A DNA stretch of 62,430 nucleotides, filler included, from Nemertoderma westbladi (GCA_032718475.1; 3 parts of 3 records of this genome joined end to end with filler, not necessarily neighbours in it), one strand, 5' to 3'. Numbered from the whole stretch's first letter, positions 35,860 to 50,304 are shown. Program-made: numbers and translations. Notes: generated by a model from the sequence alone, not told the origin.

Positions 35860-38800
35860 ACACGTTCGTGATGGCCTTCGCGCAGCACGAGGCCCAGTTA
35901 TGAGATACAAATTAAAATTGCGCGACTGTATCACAAAATCATTATTTGAGAAATTTAACCACCCCGCCAATCAATCAAAGAAAGGGGGACAGTACATGTT
36001 CAGCCCTTTTAATCTGCACCCACCCCCCCCCCCCCCCACCCCCCTTCCCACCAACCAATACATAACCGCGACATCTACCACCCACAGGGTGGAAGGTTAG
36101 CTCAAACTTATTTCCAATCGCACATTCATTAAGTGAAGCCATGTGGTTTATAGGAATATAATAAACGCAGTACTCGTCTTCATTATAAGCCTCGTTGCAT
36201 TCGTCCTGTTTTGTAGTTAAATATATTTCTTAAATGCAGGCTGATGATCTTTATAATAATAATAACTAGGGATGCGTTCAATATGTGAAGCCAGGTGGTT
36301 TATATAATAATATAGTCAATGCAGTACTCATTTTCATTATACGCCTCGTTGTGCTCGTCCTGTTTTGTATTTAAATATCTTTCCTAAACGCAGACTGACA
36401 ATATTTATAACTACCGATGCGTTCAATAGAGGAAGCCAGGTATGGTCTTGGTTTATAGGAATATAGTCTACGCAGTACTCATCCTCATGAGTCCAAAGTT
36501 ATAGTGTGGCAATGTAGATGCAGCAGTTGCACCCAACCAGCCGGGAACTCGGAGCAATAGGCCTACTGCTTGTACAATGCGTGTCAATTTCAACACCACC
36601 GGGCACTGGGTGATGGCAGAGTAGATTAAAAAACCGGATTATTTCATCCTCGGTTACGGTTAGTCCAGTTTGCCAGTAGCGGCAGCAATACCGAAAGTCA
36701 AGGTCAACAGACAGAGGCGGCCTTGGTGGTGAGTTGTTTGATTTCAATTCCAACACTTTGCTGGGCAGTTGGGTAGACTCTGGTAGTGGGTACCTGAACT
36801 TAGAATGCCGGTCAGCTGGTTAGTCCGCATAACTTTCCATAGTTGCAGTTGCGGAGTCGATGGATGGCTGGTAGCGGTAGGCCTATTGCTATTGTTGTAT
36901 TGGCAGATCCAGATTGGTATGTATATCTACATCTGATCTGATTATACCAGTAGCCGTTGCCGTCGGTCGTACCAATACATAGTCTTTAATTAACATATTA
37001 AACCGTTAACAAGAGCAGAAACCATAAACTAAGAAATTAATTTTCTTTCATTGCTGACAGGAGGGTGGAAAAGCGGTAGTGCTGTCGTAGTTCAGTACCA
37101 TAACGGTAGTTATGTAGTTGGCAGTTGCTACCGGTCCAGTCAGCTGGTTGTACAGTCTGACAGTAGTATGGCGGTACGGCGCCAATGGACCCTCTAAATT
37201 AATTCAGGGCCGCAGTCCAGCAGTCGGCGCTGCAGTGCGTGGCTAATTAGGTCCTACAGAATTGCAGAATTCAGGAATTAGGCCTGTCCAGTGGGGCGAG
37301 CTAAGAAGTGAGTGAGCCTTTGAGCGTAGGGGTACCATTAATCAACCTGTGGGGCGAGCCACAAAGTGAGTGAGCCTTAGAGTAGGGGTACCATTAATCA
37401 ACCTGTCGTTCTGTCGTTCTGTTGATCTGTCGCTTTTTTTGTAGTGTTCAATTTTGAACGTTAATAACTCGATCAATCATCGATGAAATGTAACCAAACT
37501 TGGTAGACAAATAGTCTGTTAGATATTTTCCAAGTTGAATTTGCTTGGGGCCTTCGTGCAGCACCAGTGTAATTGTCTTACAGTTATAATAAATTTATTT
37601 ATCCAAAATTATAATGCTTGACATCAGCGGGTTGCTAGGAGACTAAATAAGCTGGGTTTCAGGCAAATTACGAAATTACAGTAATACCATTGTGGCCTGT
37701 CTGCCTGTACTGGTACTATACTCAATCCCTGAATCCAGGAAACATGCAATCAGACAATACTGCAATACCATACTGTGTTCAGTGTTTTACGGTACTGGCT
37801 GACTGGTACCGCGGTACCAGTGAAGTGATTATAGATCACGTATACTGGTACAGGACAGGCCAAATTCTGTAGGCCCTAATTAGCCATGCACTGCAGTGCG
37901 GACTGCTGGACTGCGGTCCTGAATTAGTTTAGAGGGTCCATTATGCCGTTGGCGCCATCCACCATAACGCCCTACCTGCCTACTACTGTCAGACTGAAGA
38001 ACTGGACTGGTAGCAACTGCCAACTACAAAACTACCGGTACGGTACTGAACTACGACAGTACTATACCGCATTTCTATGCTCCTGTCAGCGATGAAAGAA
38101 AACTAATTTCTTCGTTTACGGTTTCTGCTCTTGTTAACGGATTAATATGTTAATTAAGACTATGTACCGGTATACAGTATACGACGGCACTGGCCAACAC
38201 ATACTACGACGGCACCGGCAACTGGTATAATCAGATGTAGATGTACCGGTATATACCAATAAAAATAGCAATAGGCCTACCCCTACAAACCATCCATCAA
38301 CTCTAGACTCGACAACTGCAACCATGGAAGTTATGCGGACTAACCAGCTGACTGGTATTCTTAGTTCAGGTACCCACTTCCACCAGAGTCTACCCAGCTG
38401 CCCAGAAAAGTGTTGGAATTTAAATAAAAAAACTCACCACCAAGGCCGCCTCTGTCTGTTACCTCGACTTTCGGTATCGCTGCCGCTACGGGCAAACTAG
38501 ACTAACCCTAACTGAGGATGAAATAATTCGGTTTTTCCACGAAATCGGAATATCCACACCAAGCCATACTAAAAAGGCCACCCCCTAAACCGGAAAATAG
38601 ATATTTGCAAACTTGATCAATCTGGTGAAATTACTGTCATAACGGATAATCTTTTGAAATTTAAAGACGTTGAGGAGGCAACTATTAAGCTAACTAAGCT
38701 AATTACAGACTCCACCGAAGCTTTGAAACAGAATAACCGGAAACATCATAAACCGTGGTTCGATGATGAGTGCAGAATTGTGAAGGCGAACTTATTGGAT

Positions 38801-41800
38801 TATATGCACACATACAGCACTACGGGTATACCTCAAGATTATTGGAATACCCGTAAACAATATAAAAAACTCATCAAGTCCAAAAGAGAAACATACGAGA
38901 ACGAGGCAATACTTAAAAAGATCAAACAGGCGGAAATCACACCATGGTCCCTATTTAAAGATTACACACCTTCTGTCACACCCATTCCCGCTCAACATCT
39001 GGAATCCCATTTCCAGAACCTACTCGGTTGCGAAAACAACCCACCTAACTGCGGAGAAATACCCACCAGGGCTGAAACAGAGTGCAACAATGGTGAATGG
39101 TATAACAGACCTTTTACCAAGGAGGAAGTCCGAGTGGCTGTTGACGATGCTGCAAACAGAAAGGCCTGCAGACCAGACAGAATATACTATGAGCACATTA
39201 AACAGTCTATACCTCATATCCTTGTTCTACTCACATTGCTATACAATACATGCTTAAATGTTACGAAGCTACCCACGATCTGGCTAGAAAGCATTATAAT
39301 AATACTTTACAAGGGAAAAGGTTCAGTAAACAATCCCAACAACTACTGCGGCATTGCACTCCTCAGTGTTCTCTTAAAAACCTTCACAAAACTAATAAAT
39401 AACCGTGTCCGACAGTACGTATCCAGACAATTCCCACCAGAGCAATATGGTTTCATCCACGGAAAGTCCACAGCAGAAGGCCATCAAAAACCTCCTCTCA
39501 GACATAGCCAACTCTTTCAAAGCAAACACACCCCACAACTGAGTAACATATGTCGCATTTGTGGATTTTCGTAAGGCCTTTGATTTCGTGAGCCGCGAGA
39601 AGCTACTCCAGAAATTATATCTACATGGGATAAAGGGGAAGCTATATAATATAGTGAGGGCCTTACTACACAACCGAATTCGTATCTACGACGGGCTCAG
39701 TCTATCTGGTATTATACAGCAACTAAGAGGAGTTCTGCAAGGAGATACGTTCTCGCCTACATGTTTTATCATATTTATCTCCGATCTAGCAGATGCACTA
39801 CGCCAATTAGTATCCTTCCTAAAGTTTACTTTCTATGCGGATGACCTGGTATTCTACTCCAGTATCAGAAACGATATACAACGCGGACTCGATGTGCTAT
39901 ATACCTGGTGTATCGAAAATGGTATGGAGGTAAACTTAGTTAAAACCAAAATTCTAAAATTCCGAAAAGGCGGGAAATTATGTGACGCTGACCAGTTTAT
40001 CTATGGAGGCAACAAAGTCACTATTACCAACTCTTATGAATACCTAGGTGTTACATTACAGCCATCATTATGCTTCATGCAACATATTAAATCCAAAAAG
40101 AAAAAATCATACTGTATCATAGGATCACTTAATCTATTACATCTCCTCTCCGTTGAAACTGCAATTGAGATATTCAAATCGAAAATATCACCAATGGCAA
40201 CATACTCTATGAATGAAATCGCTTCTTATCTGAAATTATCACATCTGCTAGAAATTGATAAAATTAAATCCACCTTCATAAAGCGTATGTTAGGGATACA
40301 TATATTGGCATCATCGACGTTAGCTCTGAAACTCGTTGGTGAGAACTCATTCGTTGAAGATATATACTCCAGGTCAACAGACACTTTCGATAGCGACGTT
40401 CTAGAACTCTATAAAGATCACCGTCGCGAATGAATCGCCAATTTCCAAGCTCAGGGTTTTCTACGCGGACCGGCTTTTTCCTCATCCGTATGGAAATGGC
40501 CTGGTCAAAGGAACAGATCGCATGTTACCAGGACGATGGCTCATGGGTTCCACCACAAACTCTGTCGCACCCCAACCCTGTTCCACAAGTTCTCAGACAG
40601 CTGTATCTGTCGGTTCTGCGACGGACCTTGCAGGAACCGCTACCATGCTATGGACTGCCCCCTCAGCCCTCCTCTATCGGAACTGTCCCGCTGACTCTCC
40701 CATTGAATAAACCTTACTCCAACTCTCAACTATACTTATACTTATATTTATTATTTTAATTTAATACATTATTTTAAGCCACACTCAATTTTATATTTTA
40801 AATTGATTGAACTGATTTTCCACCGCGAAAGAAATTACTGGCCGACATTTTTAATGAATTATGATTTTTTTTAATACTAGTTTAATATGAATATAACTAT
40901 TTAAGTTGTCTATATCTTTAATTTAACTATGACTCTGTTTGTATTTGTTCCTACTAATATTCCGTGCCGTTTAATGTCAATTTCTGTGCAGGTATTTCTC
41001 GATTTTGCCCCGATTGGGGGCGTATCTATTATTATTATTAATCTCACTCTGCCATCACCCAGTGCCCGGCGGTGTTGAAATTGACACGCATTGTACAAGC
41101 AATAGGCCTATTGCTCCAAGTTTCCGGCGGGCAGTAATGAAGATGGAGTACTGCATTGACTATACTCCTGTAAAACACCTGGCTTCGCATATTGAACGCA
41201 TCGATAGTTATAATTGTAAAGATCGCCAGTCTGCGTTTAGGAAATATATTTAAATACAAATCAGGACGAGCACAACGAGGATTATAATGAAGACGAGTAC
41301 TGCGATGACTATACTCATATAAAACACCTGGCTTCGCATATTGAATGCATCGATAGTTATAAAGATCGCAAGTCTGCGTTTAGGAAATATATTTAAATAC
41401 AAATCAGGATGAGCACAACGAGGATTATAATGAAGACGAGTACTGCGTTGACTATACTGCTATAAAACACCTGGCCTGGCTTCGCTATTGAAAGCATCGA
41501 TAGTTATAAAGATCGCAAGTCTGCGTTTAGGAAAAAACATTTTAATACAAATAAGGACGAGCGCAACAAGGCTTATAATGAAGACGAGTACTGCGCTTTT
41601 ATTAAATTCTAAATTTTAATTTGTGTCTCATAACTGAGCCTCGTGCTGCGCGAAGTCCCCACGAACGTGTACCAGTATACATGATCTATAATCACTGCAC
41701 CGGTACCGCGGTAACAGTCAGCAAGTACTGTAAAACACCGAATACAATATGGTATTGCAGTATTGTCTGATTACAGATTCCTGGATTCAGGGATTGAGTA

Positions 41801-42150
41801 CAGGAGTATAGTACCGGTCAGCCGGTACAGGCAGACAGGCCACAATGGTATTACTGCAATTTCGTAATTTGCCAGAAACCCAGCTGATTTACTCTCCTAG
41901 CAACCAGCTGATGCCAAGCCTAATAATTTTTGGATAGATAAATTTATTATAACTGCAAGACAGCACGCACTGGTGCTGCACGAAGACCCCATGCAAATTA
42001 AACTTGGAAAATTGCTAAACTTTTGCCAGACTAGATATGTACCAAGTTTGGATATATTTTATCGAGATTTGGCTGAGTTATTAACGTTTAAAATTGGACA
42101 CAACAGAACAAAAGAACACGTTCGTGGGGACTTCGCAGAGCACAGGACTT
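35860..42150. repeat. Complex inverted duplication of a non-autonomous element with ~145-150-bp tandem units (Helentron/HINE-like)
   Basis: 36540-37265 is the reverse complement of 37861-38535 plus 41040-41130. 37430-37850 is the reverse complement of 41675-42110. Tandem units at 36120-36490 are inverted relative to 41135-41600. ctgtcgttctgtcgttctgt and ataactc..accaaacttgg motifs at 37400-37505. Confidence 0.75.
38538..41040 (+). mobile_element. 5'-truncated non-LTR retrotransposon, RT with C-terminal Cys/His finger, frameshifted
   Basis: KPWFDDEC, NYCGIALL, DFRKAFD, GVLQGD, YADD. GFHHKLC..CICRFC..H..DC at ~40545-40660. (TAT)n tail. Interrupts one arm of the inverted repeat. Confidence 0.88.
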
Positions 42151-42380
42151 TGCGCACAAAGTCTGATGAGTTATTTCCAGTGCGGTCCCCCAGAACTTTA
42201 TTCCCCAGAGGAAACTCCAGTACTCATTTAGCTACCACTTAAGGATGCAAGGCAGAGATGCGCCCTGGCTGGTCCCTTTAAAGCATTCGTCCCGAAACGA
42301 AAACTGCCTTAGCCCATGTGAGGATCAAACCCACGACCTACGGGAGATGTGAATTCAATACAACCACTAAACCAAGGTGG
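42150..42380 (-). mobile_element. tRNA-derived SINE
   Basis: Minus strand has an A-box-like tggtttagtgg and a B-box-like ggtttgatcct, then a body shared with 3710-3853. Confidence 0.65.
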
Positions 42381-43124
42381 AACCTGATCCTAAACGCAGA
42401 CTTGCGATCTTTATAACTATCGATGCGTTCAATATGCGAATCCAGGTGTTTTATAGGAGTATAGTCAATGCAGTACTCGTCTTCATAATGAGCCTCGTTC
42501 TGCTCATCCTGTTTTGTATTTAAATATATTTCCTAAACGCAGACTGATGATCTTTAGAACTATCGATGCAATCAATATGCGAAGCCAGGTATGGTTTATA
42601 GGAATATAATCAACGCAGTACTAAACAGCTAAATGCAGTCGATGCAGTAATGATATTCAAATAATTAATTTAATTTACCGGTACCCTCTGTTAATGCCTC
42701 AGTGTAAAAACTAGAATACCATATAAAACATAGATTAACATAGAAATAGGCCTACATAGAAATCCAATCAAAAAATAATAAGCCTAATATTTTGAGAAAT
42801 AAACACTTTTGGATATAAGCCTTATTATTGACAATCATTATTAAATCTGTCGTTTAACTAAAGCAATAAATATATTTGTTCTTGTATTTTTATTCCACCG
42901 ACAGGGTTGAACGCAATTTACTAGCACATTGTGCTATTCGCGTTTACCCCTTTCCGTAATCGATATTGTTTTTATGACATTAATCAATTTACATATATGA
43001 TGGATTATTTCACTATTAAGTAGCATTTGTAGTGTAACGTAAAAACTTTCTAAAATCCGACGTATTTTGATTAAATTACAGTAACGTAATATGCCTATTC
43101 ATATTGGTACACATTAATCCATAG

Positions 43125-43205
43125 GTGACTCTATTGGCGCAGTGGTCAGATGGTTAACACGTTGGTTACATTACAGGTAGGTTACGAGTTCGAATCCCAG
43201 TCGGG
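43125..43205 (+). other. tRNA-like Pol III promoter (SINE head or tRNA-like LTR segment)
   Basis: A box tggcgcagtgg and B box gagttcgaatccc. No clean cloverleaf. Confidence 0.55.
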
Positions 43206-44236
43206 AAATTTGCATTTCGCTCTGATTGATTAGATAAGCCAATGAGGTGCGTACAACATGTGGAACGATGAGTTGGGCCAATCATAGGGCATGGAATATC
43301 TTATTGCTCCAATGTGAGGCCATGGAATGCTCTGGAAGGTTCTAGTGGATTCTATGTCCCAGGTTTGCTATATAAGGGCCGGTTTGCCTTCGGTTATCAC
43401 ACATATCACTAATGTAAACTAATGATAACTTCGGTTATCACTCCTTATATCTTATTAATTCACTCTTCATTACGTTAATACTTTAGCTTCTTGTTAATCT
43501 TACATTAATTTGTTTGATAAATCTTTTGTAAATTACGCAAATATACTGTAAACTTTGAACATGTATATTTCACCTTGTCCACCATTGGGACGGCCAAACA
43601 TTTGGAAGATGGCTGCTTAGACCGTAAGGCCGTCAGCAACGCAGGGAAAGATGTCCACAACATGCTAGCGCCCACATTAGATTAGCCCGCGCGCCCCCTC
43701 CCCCCCTTCGAAATACTCCACCTTGCCATGCAGCGCCCGATTCAGAGGAAGGTAAGACTTTGTTTGACGCCCTTGCCCGCCGTAAGACCTATAGATCAGG
43801 GTAAGCGTGACGCCGTCCTGGGACGCCGCAAAATTTAGGATCAATTAACTTAGACTCAGGCAAAAACCCGTACTAAAAATCCCCGGATTAACCTGTATTC
43901 CCTACAGGTGTGAACTATTGCTGTTCGTCAGTACGCAAGTACACTTTAGGTACAGACAGCATATGTTCCATAATTTAGTGATTTGTAGTACTGACAGTTC
44001 GGTACCGGTTCACTTTGTAGCTTATACATTAGTACCCCCCCCCCCCCCCCCCCCCCCCTGCCTGAGCCCGCGTTACTTGATCAGGCAAGGAGTATTTCTG
44101 CTACCGGCACATGCTTGGCCTAGGGAGGTTTTATTAATATCCTACCGCGCCTTGCCACGTACTGATAGGTATTGCTGCTAACCACCGCAGCAACAAAATT
44201 CTAGAATCAAATTGTATACCAGATCAGCTACGTACG

Positions 44237-45523
44237 TTGAGAGATTGCTCCGTGGAAATCAGAATGGGTTCCGTAAAGGTCGTGGGACCATGGAGCCCAT
44301 TTTGGCACTTAGAAGGATAATTGAAGAGTTATCAAAAAAGAAAGACAGGCATCTGGCTGTTATCTTTGTTGACTTCTTCAAGGCCTTTGATTCAGTCTCT
44401 CGCTCACGTATGTTCAGCATACTTTCATTATATGGGATTCCTGATGAAATTATTGCAGCAATCAGATCAGTATATGATGGTTCGACAACATTTGTGTCTA
44501 CTGTTGACGGTGACACAGAACCATTTGAAGTGTTATGGGGCGTCCTCCAAGGAGACACACTTGCACCATTCTTGTTCATTATTGTGGTTGACTATGTTCT
44601 ACGCATGTCCTTAGATCATTATAATGATGATGGGGTGATGATAACTCCACCTACTGGCTCCAGAAGTCGAGGAAATCCTGCCAAGTACCTAACTGATCTA
44701 GACTTTGCTGATGACTTAGGAGTACTCTCAGAATCATTAGAGGGAGCCCAACGGCTCCTCAGCTCATTAGAACATGCTGCTTCTAATGTTGGTCTTTTTA
44801 TTAACTCCAGAAAGACCAAAATTCTGACAGTTAACTTTGAAAGTCCTCAGCAAGTCTCTGATCGGATGAGCATAAGCTCAAAGGATGGTATGCTTGAGCA
44901 TGTGGACGACTTCTGTTACCTGGGATCATGGATCCGGAAGTCAGGTGAGGACCTTCGAATACGTAAGGGAAAGGCATGGGCAGCCTTGAATAGGCTTTCC
45001 AGGATTTGGAAGTCACCTAGAATTAATCGGAAACTTAAGGTCCGATTATTTAAAGCAGCAGTAGTTCCAGTACTCCTCTACGGGAGTCCATGCTGGGCTC
45101 TAACTGCTGAGGACACCAAATCTCTGGATGGCACATTCACAAGAATGCTACGCCGGGTACATTGTGTCAAGTACAATGCACACATCACCAACCAGACACT
45201 ATATAACATTGGAGGTGTCTCTTTGGTTCCCCCAAGCTTGACACTAGAACAAAATCGCCTCCGCTTTGCAGGACATTGCTTTCGCCGTGAGGACCAGCCA
45301 GTGCATAATCTTGTACTTTGGCAGCCTCATGGAGTGAATAAGCATGGTGGACAGCCCATGACTTTCTTGAGACGCATCTTAAAGGACACTGGCCTTAAAG
45401 ATGCGGATGATCTAGCAAATTTCATGGGTGATAGGGAGTTGTGGCGGTGCAATTTTGTTGACAAGCCGGCACAGCATTCTTAAAAATGCAGCTGCAATGC
45501 AGCATGCCGATCCTAGTAGTAGT
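44237..45523 (+). mobile_element. 5'-truncated RTE retrotransposon with uninterrupted RT ORF
   Basis: ORF 44212..45483 with QNGFR, DFFKAFD, GVLQGD, DFADD and RLRFAGHC. (TAG)n tail. 11-bp TSD agctacgtacg at 44226-44236 and 45524-45534. Confidence 0.93.
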
Positions 45524-46941
45524 AGCTACGTACGGTAGCAATTAACATCTATTTCTTATCTTACTGTACAACCAGAATCTGGTATTTGTGCCGATCACGG
45601 GTGTAGTTACTAACACCGTAATTGCCCGGTTGAGTTGTGGATAGGAAGGAGAGAGCTTTGATGTCATTTGTAAGTATTAAGCCCTACAGAGCGCGACTAG
45701 CTTATTTTAGTAGCTAGCGCCCGGTATTGTTTCGGTCAAAATTCACTAAAACCTAGTACAACGGAGTACACCAAAATTGTTTTATTCGTAACACACACAC
45801 ACGCCCTAAAACATATGTACCCTTAGGCTCTACTAGTTATAGCTTACTTTAGGTTACTTTCAGACAGAATCTATTCTGCAGTTTTACGTAGTTTGTAAAT
45901 TTAGGATTAGGATTATTATTTAGTTTATGGAAAGAGGAGTATTTACTTATTAGACTGTTGTTTTGCCTGAGCGACAGTATCGTTACTTTAGGCACGACCC
46001 CCTTTTGACTGATTTAGTACGGTCAGTATTGTTACGCTAGTCTGTTAATCCACTAGCTCGTATATAAACCATATAAATCACACCGCGGCAAGTTTACGGT
46101 ATTTGGGTCCGTTAGCGATAGTTAGGATTCGCTGCGCGGGGATTGTTTCCTCGTGAGTTTGGTCTGTCACCGTAGACTGTACATCTGCCTCACCGGTTAG
46201 AGGACGGGTATCCTGTTTTGTCTAGTTCGCCGGGCATTTGACTCGCCCACGTATTAGAATAGACACCAGGCTCTGTTCCTCGCCAGTAGTTGTTCGCGTA
46301 TTTGTATCTGTTTATTTAGACACCCTGGACTGGGATTTAGGTACTAGTGTGTTATAGCTACACCCCCCTCAAAATTTTTATTACTAGCTAGTTTTTGCTA
46401 TTTCTTTTTTTTGAAATGTTCTAGAACATGAAATACATTTGAAAAAAAATAATAAAATGTTCTAGAACAAATATTTTTTGTTCTAGAACAAAAAATTAAA
46501 AAATCATACAAATTTTATTTTTTGTTACACTAGTGCCGCCACGCCAAACTCCACATTCTAAGGCGAAACATAGGTATCAAGAGGTCAACTTTCGCCCAAC
46601 AGCTAGCAGAGTTTAGGTGGAAGATGTTACACAAAGAAAATCCATTTTCTGATCTATTGCATTTGATTAGAAAATATTACCCGCTGCGCGACGTCTGCTA
46701 AATAATAAATATTACACAGTATGTATTCTAAGCATAAATCATTAATTTATCCTGTAACTATCATTAATTTCTGAAAAATAATGACCTCAATACAGTGAAT
46801 TTTTAATTTTAATTAGCTATTAAAAAAATACTAGCTAACCCCCCCCCCCCCCCCCCCCCCCCCAAAAAAAACCCATTGTAAAAGCTTTTGTGGGATAACT
46901 GATTCGTTTGCCTTGTTGGCCAGTTCCCCCCCAGTCGCTAA

Positions 46942-47041
46942 NNNNNNNNNNNNNNNNNNNNNNNNNNNNNNNNNNNNNNNNNNNNTTAATTAATTAANNN
47001 NNNNNNNNNNNNNNNNNNNNNNNNNNNNNNNNNNNNNNNNN
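46942..47041. other. Assembly gap spacer
   Basis: N44-TTAATTAATTAA-N44. Confidence 0.97.
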
Positions 47042-47629
47042 GATTCCGTAAATGGAAATTTAAATAACTTGAAAACTAAAAGAGCTATTAAATAGCGGTT
47101 TTCAGATTTGGAAACACCATTCAATGGTGCATTACAATAGTCCATAAAAAAAATTTCGACATATTTTGGACCAAAATGGTGTACCCCCCCCCCCCCCCCC
47201 CCCCCCCCCTTAAGCTGAAACTTGTGAAATCAATACTATAATACAACCTGCGCTGCATCATTGGGGAGAAAATGATCCATATGCAGATTTTTAAGTTTTT
47301 TATATGCAGTTTTAAATTTCACAAAATTTAAAACCTTCAATATTTCATATTTTATAATCATTTTGACATGATACCTGGCAATCCTTATAGTAATAATTAA
47401 GGTGCATAATACTAGCTCAGGCACATTTTCCATACAAAAACGTGCATTTATAATCTCTGTACCTGTAAATTTCAGATTATATCAGGCTCAGCATATTATA
47501 GTTAACCCCCTCCCCTCATACCTCCCATACCGTTGTTTACAGCAGTTATTGTATTATATAATAAATAATATCCACCACAATCCCAATTGAAGTGCGATAT
47601 CAAGATTTCCTTAGAATATTCCCTGAATT

Positions 47630-48520
47630 AGAAATACAGAGATATGAAATGGCCCTAAAACCCAAAACAAACATATTAAATGGCCTTCCTAGGAAAATAC
47701 ACTCATGTTAGATTGAGTTCATATTGTACAGATAATATACATTAAATTTATTAACAGTGGCCCTATCAAAATATATAAAATGACCTTTTAGATTTACAGT
47801 AAATATATTGCAGCCAATTGGAAAATATAATTTGGCAATTGGCAATTACGATTCCCCGTACTTAGTTCCAATTTAAGCCTCATGCGAATTTAGTTCCAAT
47901 GGAAAAGAATTTAGTTCCAATGGAAACGAATTTAGTTCCAATTTTGGCGAATTTATTTCCAATTTAGGCGAACTTAGTTCCAATAACTAGAGAAAAAAGT
48001 TTGTACCCATTGGAACTAAATTCGCTTCCATTGGAACTAAATTCGCATCCATTGGAACTAAATTCACATCCATTGGAACTAAATTCGCTTCCATTGGAAC
48101 TAAGTTCGTTTTGATATTCTGGGATTGGAACTAAGTTCGCCTCGATTGGAACTAAGTTCGCTTTGTAAAATTTATTTTGGAACTAAATGCGTTTCAATTG
48201 GAACTACATAAGTTCGCCTTTGAAAATGTGCGATTGGAACTAAGTTCGTGCTAACCTTATGAATTACCAGTGGAGCACGGGCCTTTTAGTAGAAGCCACA
48301 TTCAGCGTCACACCTCTGATTGTAGTTTAGGAACGTAATTTTGTAAATTTAGGGCCATTTTTTATATTTTTATATTTTGTTAGGGCCACTATTAATAAAT
48401 TTAATGTAATTTAACTGTACAATATGAACACAATCTAACACGGATGTGTTTTCCTTGGAAGGCCATTTAATATATTTGTTTTAGGTTTAAGGGCCATTTC
48501 ATATTTTCAAATCTCTGTAT
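47630..48520. repeat. Foldback structure: ~160-bp outer inverted arms around inverted 20-bp arrays
   Basis: 47630-47790 is the reverse complement of 48350-48520. (gaatttagttccaatgga)n at 47860-47985 faces (attggaactaaattcgc)n at 48008-48250. Confidence 0.8.
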
Positions 48521-48724
48521 CTTCAAAATCAAGGAATGATTTGTATTAGAAACTAGGGGATTCGCAAAGGGGTGAAAATTTTGTCTTTGTCAGGTTCCAC
48601 CTCAGTCAAATTGGTTGCGCTCACGCTTATGGGGGGTGGGGGGGGGGGGGGGGGTGGGGGTTGTGTTGTTACTACCTAAAGTAACCTATTGTATTACGGC
48701 AATTCAATTCCTATACTAATGATT

Positions 48725-49100
48725 GTGGCCCTCATTAGACAATGTTCCTAAGGGCCATTTAAAAGGAAGTGGCCCATTTAAGACAATGTCTCATTTGAGC
48801 CACTTAAATATAAAATAGCCCTCAGTAGTGAGTAGACAATGTTCGTAAAGGTCATTTATAAGGAAGTGGCCCATTTAAGACAATGTCTCATTTGAGCCAC
48901 TTAAATGTAAAATGGCCCTCAGTAAACAATGTTTGTAAGGGCCATTTAAAAGGAAGTGGCCCATTCAAGACAATGTCTCATTTGAGCCACTTAAATGTAA
49001 AATGGCCCTCAGTAAACAATGTTTGTAAGGGCCATTTAAAAGGAAGTGGCCCATTTAAGACAATGTCTCATTTGAGCCACTTAAATCTAAAATGGCCCTA
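48725..49100. repeat. 90-bp tandem repeat x ~4, with a detached unit at 49420-49530
   Basis: caatgtctcatttgagccacttaaa...ggaagtggcccatt at 48881, 48971 and 49061. Confidence 0.92.
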
Positions 49101-50304
49101 GATGGCAATAGATACGAATTGATTTCTACATCTTGTTTCTCGCATTACATGTGTTTTACGTTGGTTCTGAATTCATTGGAATAAATAAAAACGGCTTTAG
49201 ACATTTCAAATTGTATTTTTCGGAGGTGTGTGCCAAATTAATAATAAACAAAACTAATAACAAAATTTTAATAAAAAAAACTTCCCAAGAAATTGGAATA
49301 TTTATAATCAGCGCCCCAGAAAACCTAAAAATGTGATTTTAAGCACGCTAATAAGAGTAAATTTTTTATTATTATTTCCGGTATGAATAGGGTTAAAGGT
49401 GTAAAAAGGGTAAAAAGTTAAAGTGGCCCATTCAAGACAATGTCTCATTGGAGCCACTTAAATGGCCCTCAGTAGACACTGTTCCTAAGGGCCATTTAAA
49501 TTGGTCTGGGTCCTTCAAGACAAATCTCCCATTGGATACACGCAATGAAGGAAATGTCATATCATAGCATAGCATAGCATAGCATAGTATAATACCATAG
49601 CATACATACATAACATAACATAATGCATAACTATATAATAATTCAGCTGGTCGAGACAATGAAAAATATAGAATAGGCCCTATAACAATATTATAGATAT
49701 AGAATAATAATGAAATTTATAGAGGCACATAAATAATGGCTATAATAATGTAGCACATACTGAATTTGTAAGGCTGAAGTGTTTTCAATACTAACTGCTA
49801 ATGGATTATATTCCTGTCGCTAGAATATCGTTTCTAGTAGTCGTGAAATGTTAGGATACATACCTAACATAACATCTACAGTTAGTTATCATAGCATGCA
49901 TAGCATACATCTTATATCAGCAAACCAAACATAAACTGTAGCATGCCCTAAGACTAAGGGTCGGACGATAGCATGCCATAGCATAGTTATATACCATACC
50001 ATACATACCTTAAATAGCATGCAACATTGTAATCCTAAAGTATATTTCCTTGTTTTTTAGGTTTCAAACTATGTTTTGTTAAACTGTAGTGGCCGCTAAA
50101 TGAATCAAGTTTCCATAATTATTCATGTGTATTCATGTTGTATTTGTGCAAATTATCAAACCTTCCCTTTCGCACAGCTTAGTGAAGTACAAGAGACGGC
50201 GAAGCACATAATAACAAAGAATCGAATATAGTGGCTGCAGATATGGCTTGACAGATGGGAGCTAGGTATATTAGGTAGTATTTCAAGGTCTAACTTTTTT
50301 TTTT

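Noticed and set aside
42160-42230. CTGATGAG...GAAAC possible hammerhead
   Set aside because: No convincing stems. It lies in a SINE, and the 3.7-kb copy lacks the motif.
43125-43205. Functional tRNA gene
   Set aside because: A and B boxes are present, but there is no proper anticodon arm or acceptor stem.
48883-49101. 30-aa repeat ORF
   Set aside because: Translation of the 90-bp satellite.
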